64,000 nucleotides of DNA from Yuukianura sp. NJ FZ-2021 (lineage: Eukaryota): positions 9,176,001-9,240,000 of the forward strand of contig CM102287.1 of the NCBI GenBank assembly GCA_046563655.1, in the 5' to 3' direction. The notes under the pieces are model-generated. The model saw only the letters and a program-made list of their open reading frames with translations, did not search any database and was not told the DNA's origin. The translations under genes were made by a program, and so were the position numbers. Positions within the stretch are counted from its first letter, which is position 1, and each line of letters begins with the position of its first letter. Positions 24,995 through 37,286 of the stretch are shown here, in pieces.

Positions 24995-25368
24995 TCCTAA
25001 GTTTTAATTAGTTTAGCTTCTAGATTTTTACGACTTTACTGCATCCGTGTGTGTCTTTGTTCACTTTTTACTTCAAAGATGCATGACAGACACGGGAACA
25101 GTAATAAACTTGTAAATTCAATTTGAATATATCTCTGGACAAGCAACTTTTGCTGTCAAGCAACCGAGGTTATAAAAGATTTGGACTCACACTGCCACAG
25201 GTTTTAGTCTCCGTTTGTCCTTCCGTGATACTGTTACTACCTCACAAGTGCGTCAAAGTCAAAGGTCAACTGCTTAGAACGGTAAGACATTAGTTTTTGA
25301 CACTTTTTGCCACATCTGTTGCAAACGTTAGCAAAACGTTATCGTTTTTGTCGTTTTTCAGAAACAAC

Positions 25369-26143
25369 ATGGCAGCTTACTTCCCAGGACTCGGAGCCGG
25401 TTTCGGGAAATCGCTTAACATCGACGCAAGTAGCGGAGCGTTCGCTGGTGCCGGAATTCCTATGCCACCTCCAGTCGGTGGGCCTGGTTTAGCTCCGCCT
25501 CCAGTTGGTGGCATGCCACCATGGTTTGGTGGGTTCGGCGGAGTTCCGTACGTTCCAGTAACACCATTGGGAGCCCTTGAAGGATTCAAAGGAGACTTGA
25601 TCGTGCCAATTGTAGCTGTGGGCGTGGCCATCTTCTTGCTGATCATCATCATCATGGCAGTCAAGGCCGCTTTGGCCTGGAAGTTAAGTCTTCTGAGCGA
25701 GCTGGCTTCTTCAAAATCCAATAAGTTCCGAAGAGACACGACATCTACTCCTGGGCCACCGGAAGAAGATCAACTGAATCACTTGGCCAGCATGGTTCTG
25801 TCTGCCATCCAGTCACAGTCATGCGCTCAAAACATGATTTGCCAAATAGGAACGTATGCAAGGACTCAACAAGGACTTCCAAGTTTACTCAGGTTCACAC
25901 TAATAAAACTCCGGTAGAAATTTGCGAAAACGATGGTCGATTCTGATTTTTAAAACTTCGTTTTTTAGGATACTGGAGACGTTGGTGCCAAAATCTGTCC
26001 AGGAACCGATCCAAATCCTTCGATCTTCTGCTGAGGGATCAGTAAACTGTGACCAACAGTACAAGTGCAGTACGGACAACAAACCTGCATCAAAAGCTCC
26101 ACCCAAATCTTCTCAGGAATCCCAAAACACAAATAAGATCTAG
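25369..26143 (+). CDS. Single-pass membrane protein, Gly/Pro-rich N-terminus, DM4/DM12-like Cys-containing C-terminal domain
   Basis: TATAAAAG at 25171, 5'UTR intron 25282-25361, TM LIVPIVAVGVAIFLLIIIIMAV, KFRR, SQSCAQNMICQIG, NCDQQYKC. Intron 25893-25969. Confidence 0.72.
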
Positions 26144-26539
26144 AGGTCACCAAAAGGTCAACACTCCGCAGGGAAATTATTTATTCAGCCGAGATAATTT
26201 TTTAGATATCGCATTTTAGTTCCAATTGTAGTTAAAAACCAAACGCAAATTACCCCGTTCACTTTACAACGCTAAAGTCTAACAAACATACCAAGAAACT
26301 AACGTTAATAAACTAAACTACATGCATAAGTTTTGCTAATTAGTTTTTTCATTAACACTAGTATAATTTATTGTCGAAACGATGCGAGAGATTTTGAGGC
26401 TATGTTTATCGGAGTGAGATGTCTCCAATAATTTCAAATCGAACTACGCGCGGAAATTTCATCACAGTTTTTAGCTGGAAATTTGGCCGCCATAAGGATT
26501 AATGACAGGAATGTTAACAGCAGTGTAACCAGTAGTAGG

Positions 26540-26709
26540 GTCATCTTGTGTAGCTGTAATCGGTGGCTACATCTCTGGCCACATTTGTAGCCGTCCAATC
26601 TTAAAATAACTAAGCTAGAGTGGCAACATAAGTAGCTGCACAGTGCAGCCACTCAGTATCATTGTATCGTGAAAGTGGATGTAATGTTGCAGTAAAACCT
26701 TACTTCAAC
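26540..26709 (+). repeat. Diverged dispersed repeat, copy 2 (copy 1 at 22142-22353)
   Basis: Same ordered blocks as copy 1, ending AAAACCTTACTTCAAC. Confidence 0.7.
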
Positions 26710-26955
26710 CGGACATCTGTATCTTATCTAAAAATTATAAAAATCGTAGTAGTTTTTTAGAATAATTGTTCAATTGATTAATAATTGTCGTAAAGATAAC
26801 GTAAAGGTGTCAAGGTGTGATAGGGTTCACAAAGTGGAGGATTCGTGTTGAATTCAATTAGTAATTGAAGGATTCTTCTGGAACGACGGAATTGAGGGAA
26901 GAAAGTTAGTCGTTCTCGTAGTTCAATTAAATTAGTAATTGAGTAAATTGGAATC

Positions 26956-28024
26956 ATGGATGCCGTAGTGTCATGGGTCGAATCCATGAAGTTGAAGCAA
27001 CTGGTACATCCTTACTACTTGGTCAACATTCTGCTCAGCGTATCCTACTTGCTATGCAAATTTGTCAAACCTGCCTGTGGTCTTGTCTTCGCTGGAGACT
27101 GTGAGCTGGACATGAGGCAAGGGGAGATCCTGTTCTTCCTTCTGGTGGTCGTCATGGTCCGGGCGAGGAAGCACGGGTCAATGACAGTCATTGCATATCT
27201 TAACAATTCCTTCATGTATGCAAAAGTAGCCAATACCATCCTCTGGTTCTCTTCTTGGAAACCTTATGGCTGTGCTTTTGCATTTTTCTTTCTTCGTAAG
27301 TCTTTACTTTTAATTTACTCATCAATGTGTATTGTAGATTAACATTTTCTTTGATTTTTACAGTCCAAGCATTTCTACTTCCTGAACCNNNNNNNNNNNN
27401 NNNNNNNNNNNNNNNNNNNNNNNNNNNNNNNNNNNNNNNNNNNNNNNNNNNNNNNNNNNNNNNNNNNNNNNNNNNNNNNNNNNNNNNNACTGTATTCAGG
27501 CCCTGAGAAGGTCGTGTACTTCCGAGATGAATCGCTGTTCAAAGCCGAGGTGGAGAAGAAAGCTGGAACAGCATCAGCATGGCTGGTTGAATTTTACACA
27601 ACATGGAATCCAGCCTGTGTCAACCTTGCTCCAGTATTCTCCGAGTTGTCATCAAAGTAATGTCGAAGTGTACATCAATTCTTTGACGTCGCAAAATCGT
27701 CATACACTGTTTTTGTTTCGTTTTAGATACGCTTTGCCCAATTTCCAGTTTGGTAAAGTGGATGTCGGTCGTTTTCCAGCTCTGGGACATGCCTATGGTA
27801 TCTCAGATTCAGCCTTTTCCAAGCAACTGCCAACGCTCATCCTATTTAGAAACGGAGTTCCTCAGTTGATTCGACCAACGGCAGATTCCAAAGGAAAACT
27901 TATCAAATTCCACATGAATATGGAAAATATAGTCACAGCCTTTGACCTCAACAACCTCCACAGTGAGCTCAAGGCTGTTGCAGCTACAAGCAAAAAGCCA
28001 ATTCAACATCCCAAGTCAGAGTAG
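26956..28024 (+). CDS. TMX2: Thioredoxin-related transmembrane protein 2
   Basis: LVHPYYLVNILLS, CELDMRQGEILFFL, PEP.YSGPE, WLVEFYTTWNPAC, FGKVDVGRFP, SKQLPTLILF. Interrupted by an assembly gap. Confidence 0.94.
27389..27488. other. Assembly gap (100 N)
   Basis: Run of exactly 100 N inside TMX2 exon 2. Confidence 0.99.
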
Positions 28025-28279
28025 AAGTAAGGTAATTTTCTTACCAAGATTAGCAATTTATGTAAATTGCTTTTTGCCAAACTAAATTAGTTTAACTAAT
28101 TAACTTTTCGCCAACTTCCCTCAACAGTTTTAGTCTTTGGTCTCAGCAGATCCTTACTTTTAGTCATTTTAGTCAACAAAAAATACACAACTGCTACTTA
28201 ACTTCAAAACTCAATACCATGTTTATCTTATTTTAACTCAACTAGATCACGATGCTTAACTAATTAACTCAACTAGAAA

Positions 28280-31200
28280 CTAATTAACTGGAGGCCAAAT
28301 ACTTTGAACTTCCAAATGGAATGTTGGTGGAAGCCATGTCAAGTATTCTTGCAAAAGCGTTTTAGGTTCCTTTTTCCACACTTCTTCAAAATCGCTTTTG
28401 CGCTGAATCTGTTTTGATGAAATCGCTGTAAGGAGAACTTGAGTTCTTGGTTGAAGGCGGGCCCAGGATTTCGTCATGATCGTTGGACTTGACAGGAGCT
28501 TCGGACTAAACTTTTTCAATTGTTGAAACAGTTGACCTTCCAGAAAAAACTGAGCAAGTAGCTTATACTTTTCAGCAGACGGCGGATACTCGATTGGAGA
28601 CAAAGGAAGTTCCCAACTCTGTTTTCCATAACGTGCTTTGGCAAAACACTTGACCGTGCCAGTTTCAGCGTCGTAGAACGGCGGAGGATCCAGTACTGGT
28701 TTGTCTACTTGACACAAAGAAGAAGCTAACGGTAGAATCCACTGTGGATCGATTCCACTTACTCCGCGCAAGTATATTTTCCCGCCGCTTTCAAATGCTT
28801 CTTGATAAACGATCCATTGCGGAAGGTCACCGCGTAGAACAGAGTCGCTGTGCAGAAACACAGGGTCACTCAACTCACCGCACCTAAAACACAAAAACCG
28901 AAATATTCACAACTTTTTGAAAAAAATTTCATATTTTGAAAAAAAAAACGTACCAGTACGCATGTTTGTACTTCTTGGCCTCTCCAGCAGGAATCTCATT
29001 TTGGTCCATTCTTCGTCCGATTCTATCCGGAAATCCACTGAGTAAGATTTGTCTTAGAATTTTTGCTTGTTCTTCTGTGGGTGGTTTCATCGCGGGATCT
29101 ACAACGGTCTCTTCATGCCCTCTCACCATTAAATTAATTTCTGTCGTTAACTGTTTCCTTAATTTTCGAATTTCCTGCATAGCTTTAAATCGGAGACCGA
29201 ACTTCAAACAACTCTCGGGTGAACCTCCGTCAAATTCAAAGGCACCAACAGCTCGAAGTAAAACCATTGCATCACCTATAATTTTAAGGTTCCAGTGATT
29301 AGCTAATTAGTAATTGAAATTAATTAAAAACTTCACTTTTGGTAACTGACCTAGCAGAAGACTCGATCCAGTTCCAGCCCACTTTCGCCTAATCTGATTC
29401 CAGCGTCCTTTGGCCTGATTGGTTGAAGATTCTTCGCAACTCTCCAACAGAATTTCCTGAAACGATAAGACAAGCAAAATTCCAAATTTTAAAACGTGAG
29501 AAATTTAGTAGGAAATTTAGAGTATAAGACAAGCAAAATTCCAACGTGAGAAATTTAGGTTGAAACTTTGAGCATAGTACAATCGAACTTCCAAATTTTT
29601 GTAATTTTTTCAACTCCTACCTTGATGGAAAGTGCTGCTACAAGAGTGATGACATAATCGAGCACAGAATGTGAAAAACTAATGGCCAGCATCCTTGCAA
29701 ATCTTGGGCTAACTGGAAGATGAGCCATAGTTTTTCCAAGACTTGTGATTACAGTAGCATCTACTTTGTCACGATTGACATCTCGAGGAACTTCCAGTGC
29801 TCCGAGATTGACCAAAAGTGTTTCGGCTGTACGAAGTTGAGCATCTCCTGGATGTGTTGGATAAGGAAATCGACGAACACGATTGATTGACATGGACTTC
29901 ATTAGTAGCACCATGTCTTCAACTGGACGAACTTTGATTTCTGGTTCAGAGAACTCTGGAAATTCTGTATGGAACACAGCAGCTGAAAACAACCTAAAAT
30001 CCAAGAAATGTTTAAAACTTCAGTAATTAAGGACTAATTAATTAACAAATTATTTTACCGATAACAATGTCCTGGGCCTGTTCTCCCGGCTCTTCCAGCT
30101 CTCTGTTCGGCAGAAGCCTTGGATGCCCACGAGACATGAAAAGTCTGGACTCCTGTCAGTTTGTCCCATAGTTTCAGTTTGACTTTTCCCGAATCCACGA
30201 CATACCTGTAGTGAGTGAACCAAGACAAAAAAATGGACTTCGCTTTCGAATACTTTCAGTAATTGCTAAAGTAATTTAAAAGTATTTTGTAACATACCGA
30301 ACTGAAGGAATCGTGAGAGACGTTTCAGCAACGTTTGTCGTCACGACACAAAGTCTGGAGTTTGGAGGAGGCGGAGCAAAAATCTAATTTAAAAAAAAAT
30401 CAAAAATTGAAAAATTTCGAGAGATGAGAAACTGTAGAGCAGCCAGGATCCACAAAACTGCTTTTGCGGCAACAAATACCCAAAAACTGGACACTCAAAA
30501 CTAAATTTTTGTCAATAGATGCTGAAATATCTTTTAAAATGGAAGTGAACTTTGACCTTACTTTTTAAAAGAGAACTTACTTTTTGCTGTTCCTTGACAG
30601 GAAGCATAGAATAAAGAGGTACGACATGCAGCGTTTCCTTTGAACCGTCTTCCTTTTCAGCAGTGTCTTCATGTTCCTCTTCATCTGATTCTTCTGAATC
30701 GTTTTGATTCGCTGCTTTGATTCTGTCAAGGTCAAATTCTTTCAGCGACACGGCAGTAGAAGCTTCTTTTCTCTTGGATTTCGGAATTCTGACGAGTGTT
30801 TTGGAAGTGGCGTTGGTTTGTTTCAATTGATTGCAGAGCTGTTTGACCTCTTCTTGACCCGTTACAAAAATAAGAATTCCACCAGGAGGAAGTTTTCTAT
30901 GAATCTGTAAAGCCTTCTTTTTGGCAGCGTCGAGGTAATTACTTGGTGTTTTCTTGCTAAAGTGAATTTGAACAGGAAACTGTCTCGTCGGAACGTGGAT
31001 TACAGCTGGAATTCGGGGAAATAGAAGTCTGTTTTCAGTGAAATCTTCAATCCGAAGAGTAGCCGACATCACGACGAGTTTCAGTGGATCTTTTCGTTTT
31101 TCGCGAATGAAGACGACGCGAGAGAGGAGACCTGAAAACAAAATTTCAGAATTCGTAAAACTCTTTTCTTTAGGAGGTTTCGTTTTTTCGAAACTTACCA

Positions 31201-32309
31201 ATCAAAATGTCGGTGAACAATGACCGTTCATGAGCTTCGTCGATGCAGATGACACTGTACTTTGATAGAATAAAGTCCTTTTCCATTTCTTTGAGTAAAA
31301 CACCATCAGTCATGAACTTGATTCTTGTTTTCGGAGATGTGTTGCCTTCAAATCGAATTTGGTATGAAACTTCTTGTGGTGATAAATTAAGTTCCTTTGC
31401 AACACGATTCGCCATTGCAATGGCCGCAACTCGTCTCGGTTCAGTGATTCCTGTAAAAAAACAAAAGGAGCACTTACAACTATTATGGAGTTGCTTTGTA
31501 TTAAAAGTGAATTTACCAATTAGTTTCGGTTGATTGGCATAACCCGCTTCGTATAAAAATTGCGGAACTTGCGTAGTTTTACCAGATCCGGTTTCACCGG
31601 CTAAGATTGTTACCAAATTGTCGTTGATCGCTTCAACAATAACTTGTTCTTCAGGGACAATTGGCAATTTAGATCGAATTTGTTCAATCTCTGGCAGTCT
31701 GTTGACTTTGACATGACAGTGGGGACGAGGTGTGCATTTCGGCGCATTACGGTCAATGAGTTCCGTGTCGTCGTCGTCATTGAAAGTGGCCTTCACTTTG
31801 GTTTTTTCATGCTCTGATACTTCATTTTCGGCTTCGGCCATCTCTTGTTCATCTTCTGGCTCATCGCTTCCACTTGCATCCATTTCTTTATCGGAGTCGG
31901 AGCTGACAGAAGGTTCGTCATCTTCTATAGTGGGTTCCTCTTGGCCAGCCGATGTTTCATCTAGTTGCTTAGTATTCATAGAGTTCCGCTTTTTAGTTTT
32001 TGTAGCTTCGGCAAACATCTTCTTGAGTCCATCGTTCTGAACTTTGACCAGCGGCGTTAAACTTTCGTAAACGTTTTGTGGAAGTTGATGCTTCTGAAGT
32101 TCAAGAAGAAGCTCAGCTCGATTCTGCTTCTTTCCTCGTTTTGCAACAATCTGCTCCAGTTTCTTTCTCTGCTTCTTGGACAAGATTGGGGTTTTTCGTT
32201 TGGTAGTCGTGATTTTTGGTGCCTTGACCCGCTTGGATGGCAAAACTAACGCATTGGCAGCATCATAAGAACCGTATTCCACGTCGAAATGTTTCGCATC
32301 AACTTCCAT
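28280..32309 (-). CDS. DHX37: DEAH-box RNA helicase DHX37 / kurz / Dhr1
   Basis: [75 protein letters not shown]-terminal [10 protein letters not shown] and C-terminal [10 protein letters not shown] typical of DHX37. Start codon approximate. Confidence 0.95.
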
Positions 32310-33191
32310 TATGTTTGCAGTCGAGCTAAACAACAAAACAAAACATTCCATCAGCACAGCATTGCAGAATTTAGAAAGAAAAACGGATCAAAACGTTTTA
32401 CCTTCTTTAGTTTTCAATTGAATCAATCCACTGTCAAATTCATAAGCCGGAATAAGGTAGGTGGTCCGTCTGAATGGTACACAATATGCCGATAAGCCGA
32501 TTATTAAAAAAACGATTGAGGACTTAACCAACCGTGATATTGATATTAATTAATGTTGATTTTTGGAATTTTCTAAACTGAAAATGGAAAAGCAAAAACA
32601 CATGGAATTTTGCAAAGAATATGAGTTTCGCGCCACAAAAAAAATATTTGACAGAACTTCAAACTGGGGCGTAGTGAGACCATGAACGGACGGGCTCAAA
32701 AATTAATCCGTACGTTATTAATTACATAATATTCACTAAAAATTTTAATTGAATAATTAAGCTAAAGTAATTAGTCTAACTTTTTGCGTCATTTTACACT
32801 TTCATTTCGTTTTTAAAAGAGCAGAAGAAATATCTCGAAAAATCAACAAAGCTAATAAAATAAGTGTGTGTGCCCAGCTCAGGAGGCGGTAAAAAATAAC
32901 TGTCCGGATTTTTAGAGCGACCACACAAATTTTTCCGTTAATTTTTAATTTCTAAAAAAAAATAATAATAAAGGAGGTTAATTTATTATTAATTATTCGT
33001 GGCGAATTGTGAACTGTGAATTTAATTCAAATCGTCTAATCGTCAAGTCTCCGTCACCGCCACCTTTTCTGACCTTAACGCTTAACACTTGGAGGAGCAG
33101 GTAAACGATTTTGATTAAATTTTTTTTTAAAAATGCGATGAAATTCTATTATATTCGATCAGCTGATCGTTACTGACTTTTCAGATTTGAC

Positions 33192-34484
33192 ATGTATTCA
33201 CCAGGACCAGGACAGATGACAACGTCTCCATACCATCAACAGTACTCTTGCTTCATGCCCACGTCACCGATGTCAGTGAACCCATTGACCCCAACTTCAC
33301 AATATTTTTACCAAAAGCAATCCCCGCCAATGGGGATGCAGTACTCTCCAAATTCCTCGGCTTATCTGCGGAATCGATATGGTCGAAAATCAGACGTAAG
33401 TGATGTTTCATCATCATTTGCATTTGATTGAATTGCCGAATAAAGCATTGAATAAACTTCATTCAAGCGTTTTGTATGCTAGGAAATGGAGCCAATGAGC
33501 ACGTCACCACTTGGACTTAGCCATCATTCGCCGAAAGAGTATCTACCGGCTTTTCTTACTGGAGAAGTCAGCCAATCTTCATTTTCAAGAGCAGGCCTCC
33601 AGCATCATTCGCCCAAGGAGTATTTACCGGCTTTTCTTACTGGAGAAGTGAGCCAGTCGTCATTTTCACAGGGATTTTCGCCGCCATCTCCAGAGAAACG
33701 CCTGCCAATGACCATGTCATTTGCTGATTCAATGTCCAGGGCAGCCGAGAAAGGCGTAAACGTAAAGACTCCTTCGAAGTCTGGACCACCAATTGCAGGA
33801 CTTGGACGAGGTTCTGAAGGCTCTTCGACTCCATTCTTTTCCATCAGTTCCACAACGGCCACTGAGAAGGATTTAAATGCAAGTACTGGCTTCACTCCCT
33901 CAACGACTTCTACAATCCAGCCTTTCGAAATTGGCGCACCGGCTCAAAATCAACCAGCAACTACTTCATCTTGGGTTACCGTTTTTGGATTTCCTGTTAC
34001 GGCTACGTCCAACGTCCTTGCATGCTTCGGCCTCTGTGGAACTATTCTGGAATCCAAGAGTGTTCCAGGATCAAACTGGATTCATCTTCACTATAGCAAT
34101 GTGATTGAAGCCAGAAGAGCTCTGCAACGAAACGGAACTCTAATTGGTGGCAGCTTGATGGTAGGCGTGAGTCCATGTTCAGAAGAAACTGCCAAGGAAG
34201 GACTTCCTCCAGGAGCTTCAGACTTTTTTCAAAGGGGCTCACCAGGGTCCGGTAGTTTGTCACAGTCTCTGAACAAAGAAAACTTGGAACCTCAGCAGCC
34301 TGGATCAGTTTCAACTAGTACTTTCAATCCAACACCTCAAGCAAGTACATCAGCTTCTGCGCATGCTCAAAACAAACTAAGAAGTCGCATGAGGGCAATG
34401 GGACGAGACAACCTGGACACGCTAGTACCACAACCCAAATCTGGAATTGTTTCGTGGGCCCTTGATACATTTTTCGGCTGGTAA
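33192..34484 (+). CDS. NUP35: Nucleoporin Nup35/Nup53 (2 coding exons)
   Basis: SP-rich N-terminus, YLPAFLTG, RRM-like WVTVFGF...GSNWIHLHY...ALQRNG..IGGSLMVGV, C-terminal amphipathic helix SGIVSWALDTFFGW. Intron 33396-33482. Divergent from DHX37. Confidence 0.93.
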
Positions 34485-35565
34485 CCCCGCTCATCTTGTA
34501 CTAAAATAACAATTAATGCTATTTTTTGTAACTTCTCAAAATCACTAATTTTCAACTTTATTTCCGTTTTTTGTAAGGATCATTTGGAGTTAATTTTCAT
34601 TTTTAAATCAATCCTCCAAACGTTCCAACTTCCAATTCTCTGCCGTTTTCAAAACAAATCTGCTCACTCCTTTATCGTTTTTCTAAAAATAAAAATATAC
34701 GTTTTGACGTTTTCACTTTTTTGAAGAAAAGTTTTTTGAAAATACTTGTCAACACTTCCCAGTTGTCACCATAATAGTGGTATAAGTTAGAACAGCACAG
34801 CAATAGTTTGGCTATCCAATGTTGCCATATTCGTCAGCTGTCACGTGTAAACTGATTGATCACATTGGGAATGCCACATTCCGTTGACGTTTTTTAAACG
34901 TAAATGAATAGTTTCAGAAAACTAACATGTACAGTAGAATGTATGAGAATGTAATGTATCTCATCGCCCCTTACCGTGGCTCCATCTGTTCATGTGTTGG
35001 GTGACATACGGATGACACTCTTCTACGGCGGCGCAAGGTCAACACAAAAATTTAGTTTCCAGCGGAAGTCACGAGATTTTTTAAAGCCGGGAGAAGTGCG
35101 GACAGATAGGAGGCAGTAGAGGAAGAGGTCCATGTCCACGACTGAACAAGTTGACGAGGTCGGAGGTCATAGGTGAGGTAAGTTCCTTTTTTCCAGTTTT
35201 TTTCAAGAATTATTGCTGTTTGAACAAAGTTCTTGGTATCCGGCGTCCGGCATGTGTTGAAGATTTTGTTTAGAACAGCTTGTACTGGGACGACGAAGCT
35301 TTCCTTGGGGATGATCTAGCACAAAGGAAGAAGAAGATCGACGGAAACCCCAGCAACAGTTGGACTCTTGGCAGATTCATTTAAAATAGAGAACGAGATC
35401 AGGGGGAGCAACCACTACGCAAACTGAACCCAGTGAGGTAACAACTTACGTCTGGATCCTTACTGTTTACAAAAGTTGGCCTAATCGAACAATAACCATA
35501 GTCTATACTTTTCAGTTGAGGTGACGAACTTAATTTGTGTGTGAGAGGTCAAAGTGCAAGTGAAA

Positions 35566-37286
35566 ATGATCCTGGAAGTCAAAATGAGGTCAAGAGGCAC
35601 CGAAACTTTGAAACGTCCGCCGGCTCAGTTTGGAAACTGTTTCCCGTTGAAGAAAAGACGAATCAAGTACGAAGAAATCAATTCGGATTTAGCTGCGATT
35701 ACGAATGGTAAGATACATTTTTAATTGAATTTTTCAATTATAAATAACTTCTTCTTTTTTTAAAGTTTTTGAACAGTTTGGGCAGAGTAAATGTAGGACA
35801 CACTAGAACAAATGAAACTAGTTTCTGAATGTCAAGCTATGTTTAAAAATTTTAAATTTTTGTAAACGTTGTTATTGTTCGATTTTGAAGATATTCGAAG
35901 GTCGTTTTGTTGTTTGGGAATTGTTGAGATTTTGAAAGAAACTGTTCAGGTTTGGAAATAAATTCCTGTCTGCATTGTGCAAGGTGGAACTTCAATTGAG
36001 TATCATATTTTCCTTTCGTCTTTTGTATTTTGGTCCTATTTGGGAATGTTAAGCTCCTTCCAACTGACAGGTCATTTCCACTGACCTCTGGAAAGTATCC
36101 AAGTAACCTATTTTCTAACAATTCTTCTCTTTTTGTCCAAACAGAGCCACTCCACTTGGAGATTTCGACGGAACCAGAGAATTTGTCAACAAAACCAGAA
36201 GATCTTAGCTTAGCCGCTCGCAGAAACGTTGACCCACCTTCGCCTGTTCAACCAACACAAACAATCAAGAAGGAGAGCTACGAAGCACCGTCATTCCCTA
36301 TTGAAAGCAATTCAGTTTATCCACCAAAAGGCCCCACCGCTGGACCCCTCGAGCCAATCAACTTCAACCAACCAACTTGGTCCCACCACAGTCTCTTTAC
36401 ACCCTACAACCCACGGAACCACCACCAATTCTTTGCCCCACCAAATCACACCCACCATTACCCCCCAAAGAGAGAATTCATTCTGCCTCATGACTCTCCT
36501 GCGCATGACCAAATGTCACAGTACAGACCAATCCCAATGCGACCATCTCCACCAGCCAAACACTTTGAAATGATTCATCCCACGCAGGTCAAGACAGAGG
36601 TCATGCGTCTCTCTGAACTCGGCACAGTCACACACAGAATCAAAGTGGAAGCGGAAGACACACTCCGATCATTGCCAGTGAGGGACTCTGTCATCAGCCA
36701 CAGCAACAGTCAAGCGCAGTTCCACCCTTCAACTACTTCGCAGTACCGTGAAACCGTGAGTCGCAGCAGTTGCGACTCGGGCGTCTCCTCCCCCTCGGGC
36801 AGTTCCTGCCACTCGTCTTCCAGCGCCGTGAGTGGGACCGTGGTGAACGGGACGGTGCGCTACCAGTGTCCGAACTGCTCCAAGTCCTACTCGACGGTGT
36901 CTGGGCTGTCGAAGCATGTGCAGTTCCACTGTTCCGTCGCTGTGAAGAAGTCGTTCGTGTGCAAGGACTGTGACAAAGTGTACGTGTCCCTGGGAGCCCT
37001 TAAGATGCACATTCGGACTCACACTCTGCCCTGCAAGTGCACAGTGTGTGGCAAGGCCTTTTCCCGCCCCTGGCTCCTCCAAGGGCACTTAAGGACCCAC
37101 ACGGGGGAGAAGCCCTTTGCCTGTTCCCATTGCCACAGGGCCTTCGCAGACAGATCCAATCTAAGGGCCCACCTCCAGACCCACTCTGATGTTAAAAAGT
37201 ACTCGTGCAGTCGCTGTGCAAAAACTTTCTCCAGAATGTCTCTCCTCACCAAACACGAAGAAAGCGGATGCTTCACTTCAATGTAG
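35566..37286 (+). CDS. Snail/escargot-family C2H2 zinc-finger repressor, copy 1
   Basis: Exon 1 35566-35707 encodes NT-box-like [11 protein letters not shown]. Exon 2 from 36145 has CtBP-type motifs PENLS/PEDLS and five fingers including [22 protein letters not shown] and [10 protein letters not shown]. Specific orthology (snail vs escargot) not resolvable by eye. Confidence 0.96.

Noticed and set aside
36729..37088. Antisense 119-aa ORF (also 63497-63856)
   Set aside because: Shadow of GC-rich zinc-finger codons; its duplication simply mirrors the snail duplication.
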